This document shows positions 29,357-39,351 of a stretch of DNA of 64,000 nt, piece after piece. Position numbers and translations under genes: made by a program. A model generated the notes under the pieces. The model was not told where the DNA came from and ran no database searches. It saw only the letters and a list, made by a program, of their open reading frames with translations. Source of the stretch: an uncultured Nitrospiraceae bacterium (GTDB lineage Bacteria > Nitrospirota > Thermodesulfovibrionia > Thermodesulfovibrionales > Dissulfurispiraceae); NCBI GenBank assembly GCA_963705105.1, contig CAVPIW010000006.1, positions 288,001-352,000 of the forward strand, in the 5' to 3' direction. The first letter of the stretch is position 1. The number at the start of each line of letters is the position of its first letter.

Positions 29357-30114
29357 GGACATATGCAATGAATAGGGGAAGAAGACGGTGCGGATGGTCA
29401 TACGACATTTTCGTGCTCAGATGCGGACTGCCGATCGTCGTCGCGGTGATCTGCATCGTCCTGACCGGTTGTTCGACGCTGAGGGATGCAAGGGAGATAA
29501 AGGAAGCGCCGATGCCGCCGAAATATGTGGAGAAAAAAGTCCCCGGGAGCGCGCCGGCCGAGGGCTCCCTCTGGGTGCACCGTGCGTCGCTTTTCGAGGA
29601 CAGCAAGGCGCGAAGGGTCAATGATCTCGTGACGATCCTCATCAGCGAGAAATCGACGGCGTCCAAAAAGGCGACGACCAAGGCGGACCGCGATTCCTCT
29701 GCCGAATACGGCATCAACGACCTCCTCGGACTGAAGTTCGGCGCAGGACTCCAGAGCCTCAACAACATCTATATTCCCAATACGATCTCGGGTAACGGGA
29801 AGTCGGAATTCGACGGAAAGGGCGATACGGCGAGAGAGGGGAAGCTGGGAGCGACGATCACCGCCAAGGTCATCGATGTCCTGCCGAACTCCAATCTCGT
29901 CATCGAGTCCCGGAAAGAGGTGGTCGTGAACAATGAAAAGGAGATCCTCGTCTTGCGGGGCATAGTGAGGCCGGAAGACATATCGCCGAAAAATACGGTC
30001 AGGTCGGACTACATTGCCGATGCACAGATCTATCTCGTCGGCGACGGTGTCCTCGACGACAAGCAGGCACAGGGATGGCTCGTGCGGATCGCCGACAAGG
30101 TCTGGCCCTTTTAG
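29353..30114 (+). CDS. flgH: L-ring lipoprotein FlgH
   Basis: Lipobox LTGC; LFEDSKARRVNDLVTI; GIVRPEDI; PF C-terminus. Confidence 0.95.
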   Translation: MRTYAMNRGRRRCGWSYDIFVLRCGLPIVVAVICIVLTGCSTLRDAREIKEAPMPPKYVEKKVPGSAPAEGSLWVHRASLFEDSKARRVNDLVTILISEKSTASKKATTKADRDSSAEYGINDLLGLKFGAGLQSLNNIYIPNTISGNGKSEFDGKGDTAREGKLGATITAKVIDVLPNSNLVIESRKEVVVNNEKEILVLRGIVRPEDISPKNTVRSDYIADAQIYLVGDGVLDDKQAQGWLVRIADKVWPF

Positions 30115-30128
30115 TGACAGGGGATGAA

Positions 30129-31280
30129 ATGGCAACGAAGGGAACAACGCGGATGAACCGGAACGGCAGGGCACTGCGGATCTCTCTTCTCGCATGCATG
30201 ATGATCTCCTGGATCGTCTCCGATGCGGGCACGGCCATGGCTGTCAGGATCAAGGACGTCGCTTCGTTCTCCGGCGTCCGCGAGAACGAGCTGATCGGCT
30301 ACGGCATCGTCGTCGGACTGTTCGGAACGGGCGACAAGGAGGGGACCTATATCCTTCAGCCCTTCGCCAATATGCTCACGAAAATGGGGATAACGGTGAA
30401 CCCGGCCGAGTTGAAGGGCAAGGTGAAGAACATTGCCGCCGTGATCGTCACGGCAAAGCTGCCGACAATGACAAAGCCGGGATCGAAGGTCGATGTGAAC
30501 GTCGCATCGATCGGTGACGCCAAGAGCCTCCAGGGCGGGACTCTTCTCATGACGCCCCTCAGGGGACCCGATGACACGGTGTATGCCGTTGCGCAGGGAC
30601 CCATCGCAACGGGGGGATACGTCGGGGGAGGAGGAGGCAACGTGACCGTCAAGAATCACCCGAACGTCGGCGTCATCACCAACGGCGCCATCGTGGAGCG
30701 GGAAGTGCCGGTCAACCTGAACCGGAGGGACAGGCTCGAACTCCTCCTGGCGAGTCAGGATTTCACGGCGGCCAGGAGAATTGCGGAGAAAATCAATGAG
30801 CAGCAGGGCATGGATGCGGCGAGGGCCGACAGCCCCTCCCTCGTTTCGATCACCGTGCCGGAACAGCACCGTGAGCGGATCGTCGACTTCATGTCGTCCA
30901 TCGAGCTCCTGACCGTCGAGGTGGACGCGCCTGCAAGGGTGGTCGTCAACGAGCGGACGGGGACCGTCGTCATCGGGGAACATGTGACCATCAACCCCGT
31001 GGCCCTGGCCCATGGCGGTCTCACTATCGACATCAAGACCGACTATCAGGTGTCGCAGCCTGCGCCGTTCGCGCCGAAGCGGGCCCAGACGGTCGTTGTG
31101 CCCCAGACGGACGTGAAGACCGAGGAGAAGAAGGCCATGCTCATGGAGGTAAAAGGAGCTACAGTCGGCGAACTCGTCAAGGCCCTCAACACCCTCGGCG
31201 TCAGCCCCCGGGACCTCGTGGCGATCCTGCAGGCGATCAAGGTTGCCGGAAGCCTCAAGGCCCAACTGGTGGTCATGTGA
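30129..31280 (+). CDS. flgI: P-ring protein FlgI
   Basis: RIKDV...GVRENELIGYGIVVGL.GTGD and GDAKSLQGGTLLMTPL. Confidence 0.96.
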   Translation: MATKGTTRMNRNGRALRISLLACMMISWIVSDAGTAMAVRIKDVASFSGVRENELIGYGIVVGLFGTGDKEGTYILQPFANMLTKMGITVNPAELKGKVKNIAAVIVTAKLPTMTKPGSKVDVNVASIGDAKSLQGGTLLMTPLRGPDDTVYAVAQGPIATGGYVGGGGGNVTVKNHPNVGVITNGAIVEREVPVNLNRRDRLELLLASQDFTAARRIAEKINEQQGMDAARADSPSLVSITVPEQHRERIVDFMSSIELLTVEVDAPARVVVNERTGTVVIGEHVTINPVALAHGGLTIDIKTDYQVSQPAPFAPKRAQTVVVPQTDVKTEEKKAMLMEVKGATVGELVKALNTLGVSPRDLVAILQAIKVAGSLKAQLVVM

Positions 31281-32050
31281 GAACAGTCGGCGCCATGAAC
31301 CCGGCCCTCCTGCATTCCCTGGGGCTCGAACGGGTGCAGAAGACCGATGCCGGCGGGGACCCCCGGGTCTTTGCACGGGAGATCGAAACGGTGCTCATCG
31401 GCGAGTTCCTTAAAATACTCCTTGAACAGACTTCTTTCGGCAAGGACAGGACGATATCCACCTACATGCCGTTCATCACGACGGAGGTCTCGCGGTCCCT
31501 TGCCGAAAGGGGAACGGGCATAGGAGATTTTTTTCTCCGGGGGCATCTTGCAGGGACGCTCACTCCTGCCGTGACGGGGCCGGCCCCCGAATCTCAATCT
31601 GCCGGGCAAGATGATGAGACTGTTCCTTCTGCCGGACAGACGGACGGTGAGGATACTCCTCAGCAGCCCGTCCTGTCCCTGCCTGTGCGGGGCAGGATCA
31701 CGTCTCCCTTCGGATTGAGGAAGGATCCCTTTCACGGGGGCCTGCGCAGCCATAGGGGCATCGACATCGGCGTTCCGGAAGGGACTCCCGTCAGGCCCGC
31801 CGCTCCCGGCCGGGTGGTCTTCAGCGGTTCCTCCTCAGGGTACGGCAACTGTGTCATCATCGAGCACGAAGACGGGATAGAGAGCCTGTATGCCCATACG
31901 GCGGTCAACTATGTGCAGGTAGGTGAAAGGGTGGACCGGGAGACGATCCTCGCATTATCAGGCAGTTCAGGGAGATCGACAGGCCCCCACCTGCACTTCG
32001 AGGTGAGAAAAGAAGGAAAGTCAATCGATCCGATCACTTTTTTCGGTTAA
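31277..32050 (+). CDS. FlgJ-like rod-binding domain fused to an M23 peptidase
   Basis: Occupies the flgJ position. N-terminal AREIETVLI..LK. C-terminal HRGID and STGPHLHFE zinc motifs. Confidence 0.8.
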   Translation: MRTVGAMNPALLHSLGLERVQKTDAGGDPRVFAREIETVLIGEFLKILLEQTSFGKDRTISTYMPFITTEVSRSLAERGTGIGDFFLRGHLAGTLTPAVTGPAPESQSAGQDDETVPSAGQTDGEDTPQQPVLSLPVRGRITSPFGLRKDPFHGGLRSHRGIDIGVPEGTPVRPAAPGRVVFSGSSSGYGNCVIIEHEDGIESLYAHTAVNYVQVGERVDRETILALSGSSGRSTGPHLHFEVRKEGKSIDPITFFG

Positions 32051-32073
32051 TTTTTTTATAAAACCTCCGATAT
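32047..32073 (+). promoter_or_regulatory. Sigma28 promoter of flgM
   Basis: TTAA-N15-TCCGATAT upstream of flgM. Confidence 0.6.
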
Positions 32074-32119
32074 AATAGTAATAGCCATGAGCGGAAAGCA
32101 TGGAAATGGAGGTGCGCAG

Positions 32120-32425
32120 ATGAGAATCACGGATAAAATCGAGAATATCGCGAATATCCAGAACCTTGACAAGGTCAAGGGCAAAGAGATGAAGGGGAAG
32201 CCTGAAGCGGTCGACGCGAAGGACCAGGTGACGGTGTCCGAGCGTGCGAAAGAGATCGGCAGACTTCAGGCGGAGGTCAACAATATCCCCGACGTGCGGC
32301 AGCAGCGCGTTGAGGAGATAAAAAGCGCCATCAACGCAGGGACATACAATGTCAAGGGCGAAGCCGTCGCGGGAAAAATCCTGAAGGAGATCGTCATTGA
32401 TTCAATCGTTCGAAAGACTGATTGA
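32120..32425 (+). CDS. flgM: Anti-sigma28 factor FlgM
   Basis: DQVTVS...DVRQQRVEEIKSAINAGTYNV. Confidence 0.92.
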   Translation: MRITDKIENIANIQNLDKVKGKEMKGKPEAVDAKDQVTVSERAKEIGRLQAEVNNIPDVRQQRVEEIKSAINAGTYNVKGEAVAGKILKEIVIDSIVRKTD

Positions 32426-32834
32426 GCATATCGAGAGGCAATTCTCACTCTGCATCCTGCTCATGGATATACTCAGGAGGGAACGGACAGTGATCGCCGG
32501 TCTCGATACAGCAGCATTCGACCTGCTTGTCAGGGAGAAGGAGACTATCCTGTCCAGAATATTTGACTGTGACAGCGACCGTGTGCGACTGGCAGAGTCC
32601 TGCGGTCTTGGCAACAAGACGCTCTCCGAGATTGCAGCCGTTGCTGAAGGCGGTGCGGGAGCCCGGCTCGCCGACATCTCGTCCCGCTTCCGTTCGCTCC
32701 TCTCTGAAATGTCGGAACAAATCGATATAAACAAGGCGATAATCGACTCATCTCTGTACCACATGAAGAAATCGTCCCAATTCCTCGGCTCCCTCGACGT
32801 GAGGGCGCCGCAGAAGGTTTCGCGGGAAGCCTGA
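32397..32834 (+). CDS. flgN: Export chaperone FlgN
   Basis: Helical 145 aa between flgM and flgK. Confidence 0.75.
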   Translation: MIQSFERLIEHIERQFSLCILLMDILRRERTVIAGLDTAAFDLLVREKETILSRIFDCDSDRVRLAESCGLGNKTLSEIAAVAEGGAGARLADISSRFRSLLSEMSEQIDINKAIIDSSLYHMKKSSQFLGSLDVRAPQKVSREA

Positions 32835-34498
32835 TGTCCATTCTCAGTCTCTTCGATATCAGCAGGACGAGCCTGCTCACTTCAAAAAGGGCCATCGACG
32901 CGACGGCACACAATGTCTCGAATTCAGCGACGACGGGATACACGAGGCAGGACGTCATCCTGTCCAGTATTCCCTCGGGCCCGATCCTGAGCGATGCGAC
33001 CTCCGGCAGGGGTGTCAGGATCACCGAGGTCAAGAGGATGTATGATTCCTTTACGACCTTCCAGCTCAGGCACGAGAAGGCGAACCTCTCCTACTGGGAT
33101 ACCTTCAACACGAGCGTCATCAAGATCGAGAACCTCTTCAACGAGACGTCCGAGAGCAGCCTCAGCACTGCCATGACGGATTTCTTCAATGCCTGGAAGG
33201 AAATATCGCAGAACCCCGAGGGTTATCCCCAGCGGGCGCTCCTGCTGAACAAGGCGGAATACCTGAGCGCGAGGATCAGCAGAACGTACTCGACCCTTCA
33301 GGATGAGCGCAACGAGATCCTGAAGGACAGCGAGGCGTTGATCAATGAGGTGAACAATATCGGCAGGGATATTGCCGATCTGAACGTCAAGATCGCCGGA
33401 TCACCCTCTTCTCACGACCTGAGGGACCAGCGCGACATCCTTGTCGAACGACTCAACGAGATTATCCGTGTCAGCACCTTCGAGGACAACGCGGGCAGAT
33501 ACTCCGTCCTGATCGGCGGCACCCCGATTGTCGACGGTGGAACGGCATATAATATGTCCGTTGCGGCCGACGCCGACAACAACCTTGTCTTTTTTGTGAA
33601 CCTGCCCAATGAACAGCGGGACATAACGAACCTCATAACGGCAGGTGAGTTGAAAGCTCACATCAATCTCAGGGACGACGTCATTGTCGATTATATGAAC
33701 AGAATCAACGCCCTTGCCCTCTCTATCACCGATGGGGTGAACGGGCTTCACAGGGGCGGCGTTGGTCTCGACGGTTCGACGGGCAATGCTTTCTTCAATG
33801 ATCTCTTTCTCTCCACCGATCCGCCGGGAGGGGGATCGATCACCTCCGTACAGGTCTCCGACACGGCACTCATGAGCTATGACCGTTTCCGCATCGTCTA
33901 TACGCCCGACGGTGACGGTGACGGCGTGGAAAGCGCAGGGGATTACGCCGTAACGGACCTGACGACAGGGCAGGCCGTGACTGTGCAGAATTTCACCGCC
34001 GATCCGGGAGGCAACGGGAGAACCCTGGAATTCATGGGATTGCGTGTCACCATAGGCGGTGCCATGACGGCGTCCGAGACGTTCGAAGTCCAGTTGAAGG
34101 AGCACGCGGCGCTCGGGATGTCCCTGTCGCTGCAGGACGCCCGGAAGATAGCGGCAGGGCTGGATCCCTCCCTCCTGCCGGGAGACAACAGGAATGCCCT
34201 TGCCATGGCCGACCTCGCCGATCAGAGCATCGTCGCAGGCAGGACCGTGCTCGGTTTCTACCGGGAGATCGTCACCGATGTGGGGGTGGAGGCACAGTCC
34301 GCAAAAAGGGGCGTCCAGTTCCAGCAAACGCTCGTCGAGGAACTCGAAAAGAGGAGACAGGAGATCTCGGGGGTCAACCTCGATGAAGAGGCGGCCAACC
34401 TGATCAAATATCAGAAATCCTTCGAGGCTGCGGCAAAGATGATCGCCATCGCCGATGAACTGCTGACGACACTCATCGGCATGGTGGGGAGACAATGA
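32834..34498 (+). CDS. flgK: Hook-associated protein FlgK
   Basis: AHNVSNSATTGYTRQ and SGVNLDEEAANLIKYQ. Confidence 0.96.
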   Translation: MSILSLFDISRTSLLTSKRAIDATAHNVSNSATTGYTRQDVILSSIPSGPILSDATSGRGVRITEVKRMYDSFTTFQLRHEKANLSYWDTFNTSVIKIENLFNETSESSLSTAMTDFFNAWKEISQNPEGYPQRALLLNKAEYLSARISRTYSTLQDERNEILKDSEALINEVNNIGRDIADLNVKIAGSPSSHDLRDQRDILVERLNEIIRVSTFEDNAGRYSVLIGGTPIVDGGTAYNMSVAADADNNLVFFVNLPNEQRDITNLITAGELKAHINLRDDVIVDYMNRINALALSITDGVNGLHRGGVGLDGSTGNAFFNDLFLSTDPPGGGSITSVQVSDTALMSYDRFRIVYTPDGDGDGVESAGDYAVTDLTTGQAVTVQNFTADPGGNGRTLEFMGLRVTIGGAMTASETFEVQLKEHAALGMSLSLQDARKIAAGLDPSLLPGDNRNALAMADLADQSIVAGRTVLGFYREIVTDVGVEAQSAKRGVQFQQTLVEELEKRRQEISGVNLDEEAANLIKYQKSFEAAAKMIAIADELLTTLIGMVGRQ

Positions 34499-35424
34499 TG
34501 CGGATCACGTCCAAGATGTTTTACGAAAGGTTCCTCTCCGACCTTGCGAAAAACACGGAGAGCATTTACCGGTCCCATGAGCAGATGACAACGGGCAAGC
34601 GGGTGAACAGGCCATCCGACGATCCGACGGCGGTGTCGAAGATCATCGGTTACGAAACGGAGATCGCCTCGTTCGACGAATACACCAGGACGATGGACAC
34701 GGCGAGGACCTACCTTGACTCGATCGATTCAGGCCTCGGCAATCTCAGCTCGATTCTGGCACGGGCCAAGGAACTGGCCCTTCAGGGAGCATCGGAGACA
34801 ATTGACGCCAATTCAAGGAAGCTGATCGCAAAAGAGGTGTCCATGCTCAAGGAGGCGGTCATCGACATCGCCAACACCAGGGTGGGAGACAGGTACCTCT
34901 TTGCGGGGTACCGGTCGAATACCGTTCCCGTCGACAGTGCCACGGGTGCGGTGCTGACCGATGCGAACGCCGTGGAGCTCCAGATCGCTTCTGATGTGAT
35001 GATCGGCATCAACATCACCGCCGGGAGCATTTTCAACGATGCGACGCCCCTTGTCGCATACGGAGGCGCGGGGTTTGACACGGACAATGACCGCTACGTC
35101 CTCAGGGCGCTGAACTTTCTGAGTCAGTCACTGGAAAACAATGATCTGCCAAGGATACGGCAATCCCTCGATCACATCGATTCCGTCATGAACACGGTGC
35201 ACCTGGCAATCGGTGAGGTCGGCGCCCGTCTGAACAGGGTCGATGCAGAGGAGACCCTCGGGGCTGACGGAAAATATAATTCACAGGTCTACCTGTCTCA
35301 TCTCCGCGACGCCGATCTTGCCAAGTCCGTATCGGACATGCAGGAGAGATTGACAGCCCTCCAGGCGCTCAGGACAATTTCATCGGATTTTCTGAAAACG
35401 AACCTTTTCGACTTCATTCGATGA
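34495..35424 (+). CDS. flgL: Hook-associated protein FlgL
   Basis: TGKRVNRPSDDP, GDRYLFAG, LFDFIR. Confidence 0.95.
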   Translation: MMRITSKMFYERFLSDLAKNTESIYRSHEQMTTGKRVNRPSDDPTAVSKIIGYETEIASFDEYTRTMDTARTYLDSIDSGLGNLSSILARAKELALQGASETIDANSRKLIAKEVSMLKEAVIDIANTRVGDRYLFAGYRSNTVPVDSATGAVLTDANAVELQIASDVMIGINITAGSIFNDATPLVAYGGAGFDTDNDRYVLRALNFLSQSLENNDLPRIRQSLDHIDSVMNTVHLAIGEVGARLNRVDAEETLGADGKYNSQVYLSHLRDADLAKSVSDMQERLTALQALRTISSDFLKTNLFDFIR

Positions 35425-35432
35425 GATGAAGG

Positions 35433-35678
35433 ATGCTCGTTCTCTCCCGTAAGCCCGGCCAGACGATCGCCATCGGCGACTCCATAAGGATCAAGGTGGT
35501 CGAAATAGGCGCCGGGCATGTCAGGATCGGGATAGAGGCGCCCAGTGAGATGCCCATCTACCGGGAAGAACTCTATGAGAAGCTGAAACAGCTCAATATC
35601 GAAGCGGCGAAGCTTGAAATGACAGGACTGAAGGCATTGCTGGGCACGGTCAGGGATGCTGACAAGAAGGCGGAGTGA
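35433..35678 (+). CDS. csrA: Carbon storage regulator CsrA
   Basis: MLVLSRK...RIGIEAP..IYREE. Confidence 0.95.
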   Translation: MLVLSRKPGQTIAIGDSIRIKVVEIGAGHVRIGIEAPSEMPIYREELYEKLKQLNIEAAKLEMTGLKALLGTVRDADKKAE

Positions 35679-36097
35679 CAATGAAGATTGAAACATCGAG
35701 ATTCGGTGAAATCGAAATAAGCGGGGACCAGGTGATCAATTTCCCCATGGGCATACCGGGTTTCCCCGATCTGAAACGGTTCGTCATCGTAGACTACAGG
35801 GACCCGATCCATTGGCTCCAGGCCGTCGACAATCCCGCCGTGGCCTTCATCATATCCGATCCTTTTCCCTTCTTCAAGGACTACTCACTTATCCTCAGTG
35901 ATGATGTGGAGGAATTTCTCGATATCAGAAGGCCTTCCGATACGCTTGTTTTCACTATTCTGACTGTATCGGACAACAGGCTCATGGCAAACCTCAAGGG
36001 ACCGGTCATCATCAACACCGAAAATAAGCGGGGAATCCAGATCATTCTGGATGATGAACGGTATTCCTTCAGGACGGCTGTACCTTCCATCGGTTAA
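35675..36097 (+). CDS. fliW: Flagellar assembly factor FliW
   Basis: TSRFGEIEI..FPMGIPGF, WLQAV, ANLKGPVIIN. Confidence 0.94.
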   Translation: MTMKIETSRFGEIEISGDQVINFPMGIPGFPDLKRFVIVDYRDPIHWLQAVDNPAVAFIISDPFPFFKDYSLILSDDVEEFLDIRRPSDTLVFTILTVSDNRLMANLKGPVIINTENKRGIQIILDDERYSFRTAVPSIG

Positions 36098-36400
36098 ACG
36101 CCGCAGTTCCTCTAAAGAACATAAAATGATCATCGTCGTCTTCAGCAGGGCTTTGATGTGCTTCGCCCCGCTCCTTATCACGCAACAACAAGATTTACAT
36201 TCTCGGAATATCCTTATATAATTGTAAAAAAAGCTGCCGCCCCGCTCTGGTATCCTGTCGATTGAGCGCCGGGTCGAATATTTTTTCTGCGGAGGCGGGG
36301 TTTATCCGGTGAAATGCTTAAAGAAAAGGGACTTCGGCAACGATAAGAAGATATAGGTATTTTAAGCCGCACCATATCGGACCAAGAGGAGGCACCGGGA

Positions 36401-37531
36401 TTGCAGGAACCAAAATCATCCTTCCTGAACAGGGAATCTGACAAGAAGGATTTCGTGGAGATCGAAAAACTCCTCTCCCTGGGGGATATCGTTGCCGGTA
36501 TTGTTCACGAACTCAATAATCCCCTGAGTTCCATCCTCGGTTACGCCGAAATTCTCCAGGCCCTTGACATCGATCCTCTCCTGAAAAGATATGTCAATCA
36601 TATCCACCTCGCCGCGATACGGTCCACAAAGATCATCGAAGGTCTTCTCACCTTCCTGAGGAAACGGGACATCGTCTGCACGACAGAAGACATCAACACG
36701 CTTATCCTCCAGACCGTAACGCTCTTTGAATACCAGATGCGAAAAAGCGGGGTTGCGTTGGTCATACTCCTGAAAGCGGGAAAACCCCTTGTCCGGGGAG
36801 ATGCGTACCGGCTCCAGCAGGTTTTTTTCAACCTTTTTATGAACTCCCTTCAGGCGCTCGATCAATGGGGAAAAGAAAGGCAGATCTCGATTCTTTCAAC
36901 ACGGGCGGGCGAAAACATACGCATCGAGTTTCACGACAGCGGTCCCGGCATCGATCCGTCGTGCCGGGAAAAGATCTTCGCACCTTTCTATACGACGAAA
37001 CCGGACGGGACGGGACTCGGCCTCAGCATCGTCTACGGCATCGTCAAGGAGCACGGCGGTACGATCACCGTCCTGCCGCAGGGAAGCGAACATCAGGGCG
37101 GGTGCACGTTCGTCATCGACCTGCCCCGGGCCGGCGAGGTTGCCGGCTTTCCCGACGGGACAGTCACCGGCGTTTCCCGGGAGACGGCTGTCGTTGTCGG
37201 CAATGATGAACTCATCATCGACTCCCTGTGCATCATACAGAGTCAGCTCGGATGCGATCTTGTTTTCACCACGTCACCCGTTGAGGCTATCAGGCAGCTC
37301 GGTGAGGCCGAGGCATCTCATGTATTTTTTGACTGTAAAACAGCGGAGATGGGGTATGCCGAGTTCGTCAGAAAGATTTCCGGACTTGAAAACGTGAAAC
37401 ATCTGGTCCTTATTACGGGCGATGCCTCTCTGGATCTCGATATCGTTGAGAGGAAAAGGCCTGTATCGGTTCTTCATAAACCTGTCGGTCTTGATGAACT
37501 GAAGCGCATCCTCACAGGAGATTCGCAATGA
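36401..37531 (+). CDS. Histidine kinase lacking a sensor domain, with a degenerate C-terminal receiver
   Basis: HELNNPL near the N-terminus; QQVFFNLFMN, DSGPG and GTGLGLSI; REC-like tail. Confidence 0.85.
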   Translation: MQEPKSSFLNRESDKKDFVEIEKLLSLGDIVAGIVHELNNPLSSILGYAEILQALDIDPLLKRYVNHIHLAAIRSTKIIEGLLTFLRKRDIVCTTEDINTLILQTVTLFEYQMRKSGVALVILLKAGKPLVRGDAYRLQQVFFNLFMNSLQALDQWGKERQISILSTRAGENIRIEFHDSGPGIDPSCREKIFAPFYTTKPDGTGLGLSIVYGIVKEHGGTITVLPQGSEHQGGCTFVIDLPRAGEVAGFPDGTVTGVSRETAVVVGNDELIIDSLCIIQSQLGCDLVFTTSPVEAIRQLGEAEASHVFFDCKTAEMGYAEFVRKISGLENVKHLVLITGDASLDLDIVERKRPVSVLHKPVGLDELKRILTGDSQ

Positions 37532-38382
37532 ACGCAACGGAAGACAAAAGGCTGAAAAGCCGGGTGCAGGAAATTACCGACATCCCGACGCTGCCGCTCA
37601 TCATATCCAGGCTGATCAGGATCTTTCAGGACGAACATGCTTCCGTCGATGATCTGACGAACATCATCCGGCATGATCAATCCCTTGCGACAAGAATCGT
37701 CGCCGTTGCAAACTCGCCTTTTTTCGGGTATCAGGGCAGAATAAACAGTATCGAGCAGGCGATCCTCATGCTCGGTTTCGACCTCGTCAAGAGCATATCC
37801 CTCGGGATATCGATTTTTTCGATGTTTCCTCTTCCTTACGGGACCCTCAAAAGGCTGTGGTCCCATGCATACGCCGTCGCGAGTCTTTCGAGCTTCATAT
37901 GCTCCTGCTTTCCTGTCGCCCAGCGCGGTGTCTGTTTTCTTGCAGGGCTTCTGCACGACATCGGCAGGCCGGTCCTCATGAGGGTCTTCAGGGAGGAATA
38001 CTCCGAAAAATACAAGAGGGAGCTCTCCTTGCTCAGGGACAAGGAACTCGTTGCGGCGGAGGTGAAGCGGTTCCAGTGCAGCCATGCAGCAGCCGGCGAA
38101 TGGTTTCTCGATGGCCTTACTTTCCCCGAAGAAATCGTGATTCCCGTTCGTCATCACCATGACATGACAGGAGTCACACGCCACAGCGGCATCACGACAA
38201 CGGTCTATCTCGCCGAGGGGCTCACGGGTGTCATTGATCCCGCACACGCCCTCGACGGCGAATGGACGGCAGAGCACCTGAAGACTTTTCAGGAGGCGGG
38301 ATTCAGGGAAGAGGACCTGAAGGAGCTGAAAATCTATTTTGCCGAACAGGAGTCGGTCATCCGCAATTTTTTTGATCTCTGA
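37528..38382 (+). CDS. HDOD-domain protein
   Basis: IPTLP, DQSLATRIVAVANS, AGLLHDIG. Confidence 0.9.
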   Translation: MNATEDKRLKSRVQEITDIPTLPLIISRLIRIFQDEHASVDDLTNIIRHDQSLATRIVAVANSPFFGYQGRINSIEQAILMLGFDLVKSISLGISIFSMFPLPYGTLKRLWSHAYAVASLSSFICSCFPVAQRGVCFLAGLLHDIGRPVLMRVFREEYSEKYKRELSLLRDKELVAAEVKRFQCSHAAAGEWFLDGLTFPEEIVIPVRHHHDMTGVTRHSGITTTVYLAEGLTGVIDPAHALDGEWTAEHLKTFQEAGFREEDLKELKIYFAEQESVIRNFFDL

Positions 38383-39298
38383 TGTTTTCGGACGATTCAC
38401 CGGCCATGAGGGATCCCTCCCTCGTCCTGAGGTGGTCAAGAAAGGCGACATATAACTGGGGCAGGGTCCTCTTGCAGTGTGTAATGACATAGAAAAGTCG
38501 CTTCATCCTGATGCCGGGCAATGCCACCTCCCTCAAATCGCCGCGCTCGATGTCGTCCTTCACCGAGAGCCTTGAGAGGATGGCGATGCCGAGTCCTTCC
38601 CTGACGGCCTCCCTGACGGCATCTGTCGATCCGAACACTCCGGAAACGGCAAGCGTATCCACTGCGATTCCCTCACGTTCCAGTATCTGCTCGACCTCTC
38701 TCCTCGTCCCGGACCCGGGTTCCCTCAGCACCATGGGAATGCGGGGCAATTCATCCTTGCTGATCCTGTCCTGAACCGCAAAATCGGGCGACACAACCGC
38801 TGTCAGCTGATCTTCCATGAAAGGGCTGCCGTGAATCTGCGGGTGCGCCGGCTTTACCCCCACAATCCCGACAAGGAATTCATGCCTGCTGACCCTGTCG
38901 ATAACGTCCCTGGAGTCCGATACGGGAACATGAAAGGTGACGGAGGGGTGCTCCCTCCGGAAGGACGCAACGATGCGGGGCATGAGATATGCGCCGGGGA
39001 TGGTACTTGTGCCGACAAGGATCTCCCCCCTGAGGTCACATTTCAGACGACTGATCGCCGTCTTGATCGCTTCCGCCTTCTCCAGGAGTTCAACAGCCTC
39101 GCTGTACAGCACGTCGGCTTCGGCGGTAGGAATGATCGTCCTTCCCAGCCGGTCGAAAAGCCGGCATTGCAATTCCTCCTCAACTGACCTGATGTGGTCG
39201 CTGACAGTCGGCTGCGTGAGGAACAGCGCCGTCGAAGCCTTCGAAAAACTCCTGTTCCGGTAGACGGAGACGAAAACCTTCAGTTGATGGAGATCCAC
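38357..39298 (-). CDS. LysR-family regulator (CysL-like)
   Basis: HTH SFSKAS..LFLTQPTVS; REPGSGTR. Confidence 0.92.
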   Translation of the reverse strand: MDLHQLKVFVSVYRNRSFSKASTALFLTQPTVSDHIRSVEEELQCRLFDRLGRTIIPTAEADVLYSEAVELLEKAEAIKTAISRLKCDLRGEILVGTSTIPGAYLMPRIVASFRREHPSVTFHVPVSDSRDVIDRVSRHEFLVGIVGVKPAHPQIHGSPFMEDQLTAVVSPDFAVQDRISKDELPRIPMVLREPGSGTRREVEQILEREGIAVDTLAVSGVFGSTDAVREAVREGLGIAILSRLSVKDDIERGDLREVALPGIRMKRLFYVITHCKRTLPQLYVAFLDHLRTREGSLMAGESSENIRDQKNCG

Positions 39299-39351
39299 AA
39301 AAAATAATAGCACACTTTGAAGGTTGCCGGGAAAAGCTGATAGAATTGATC

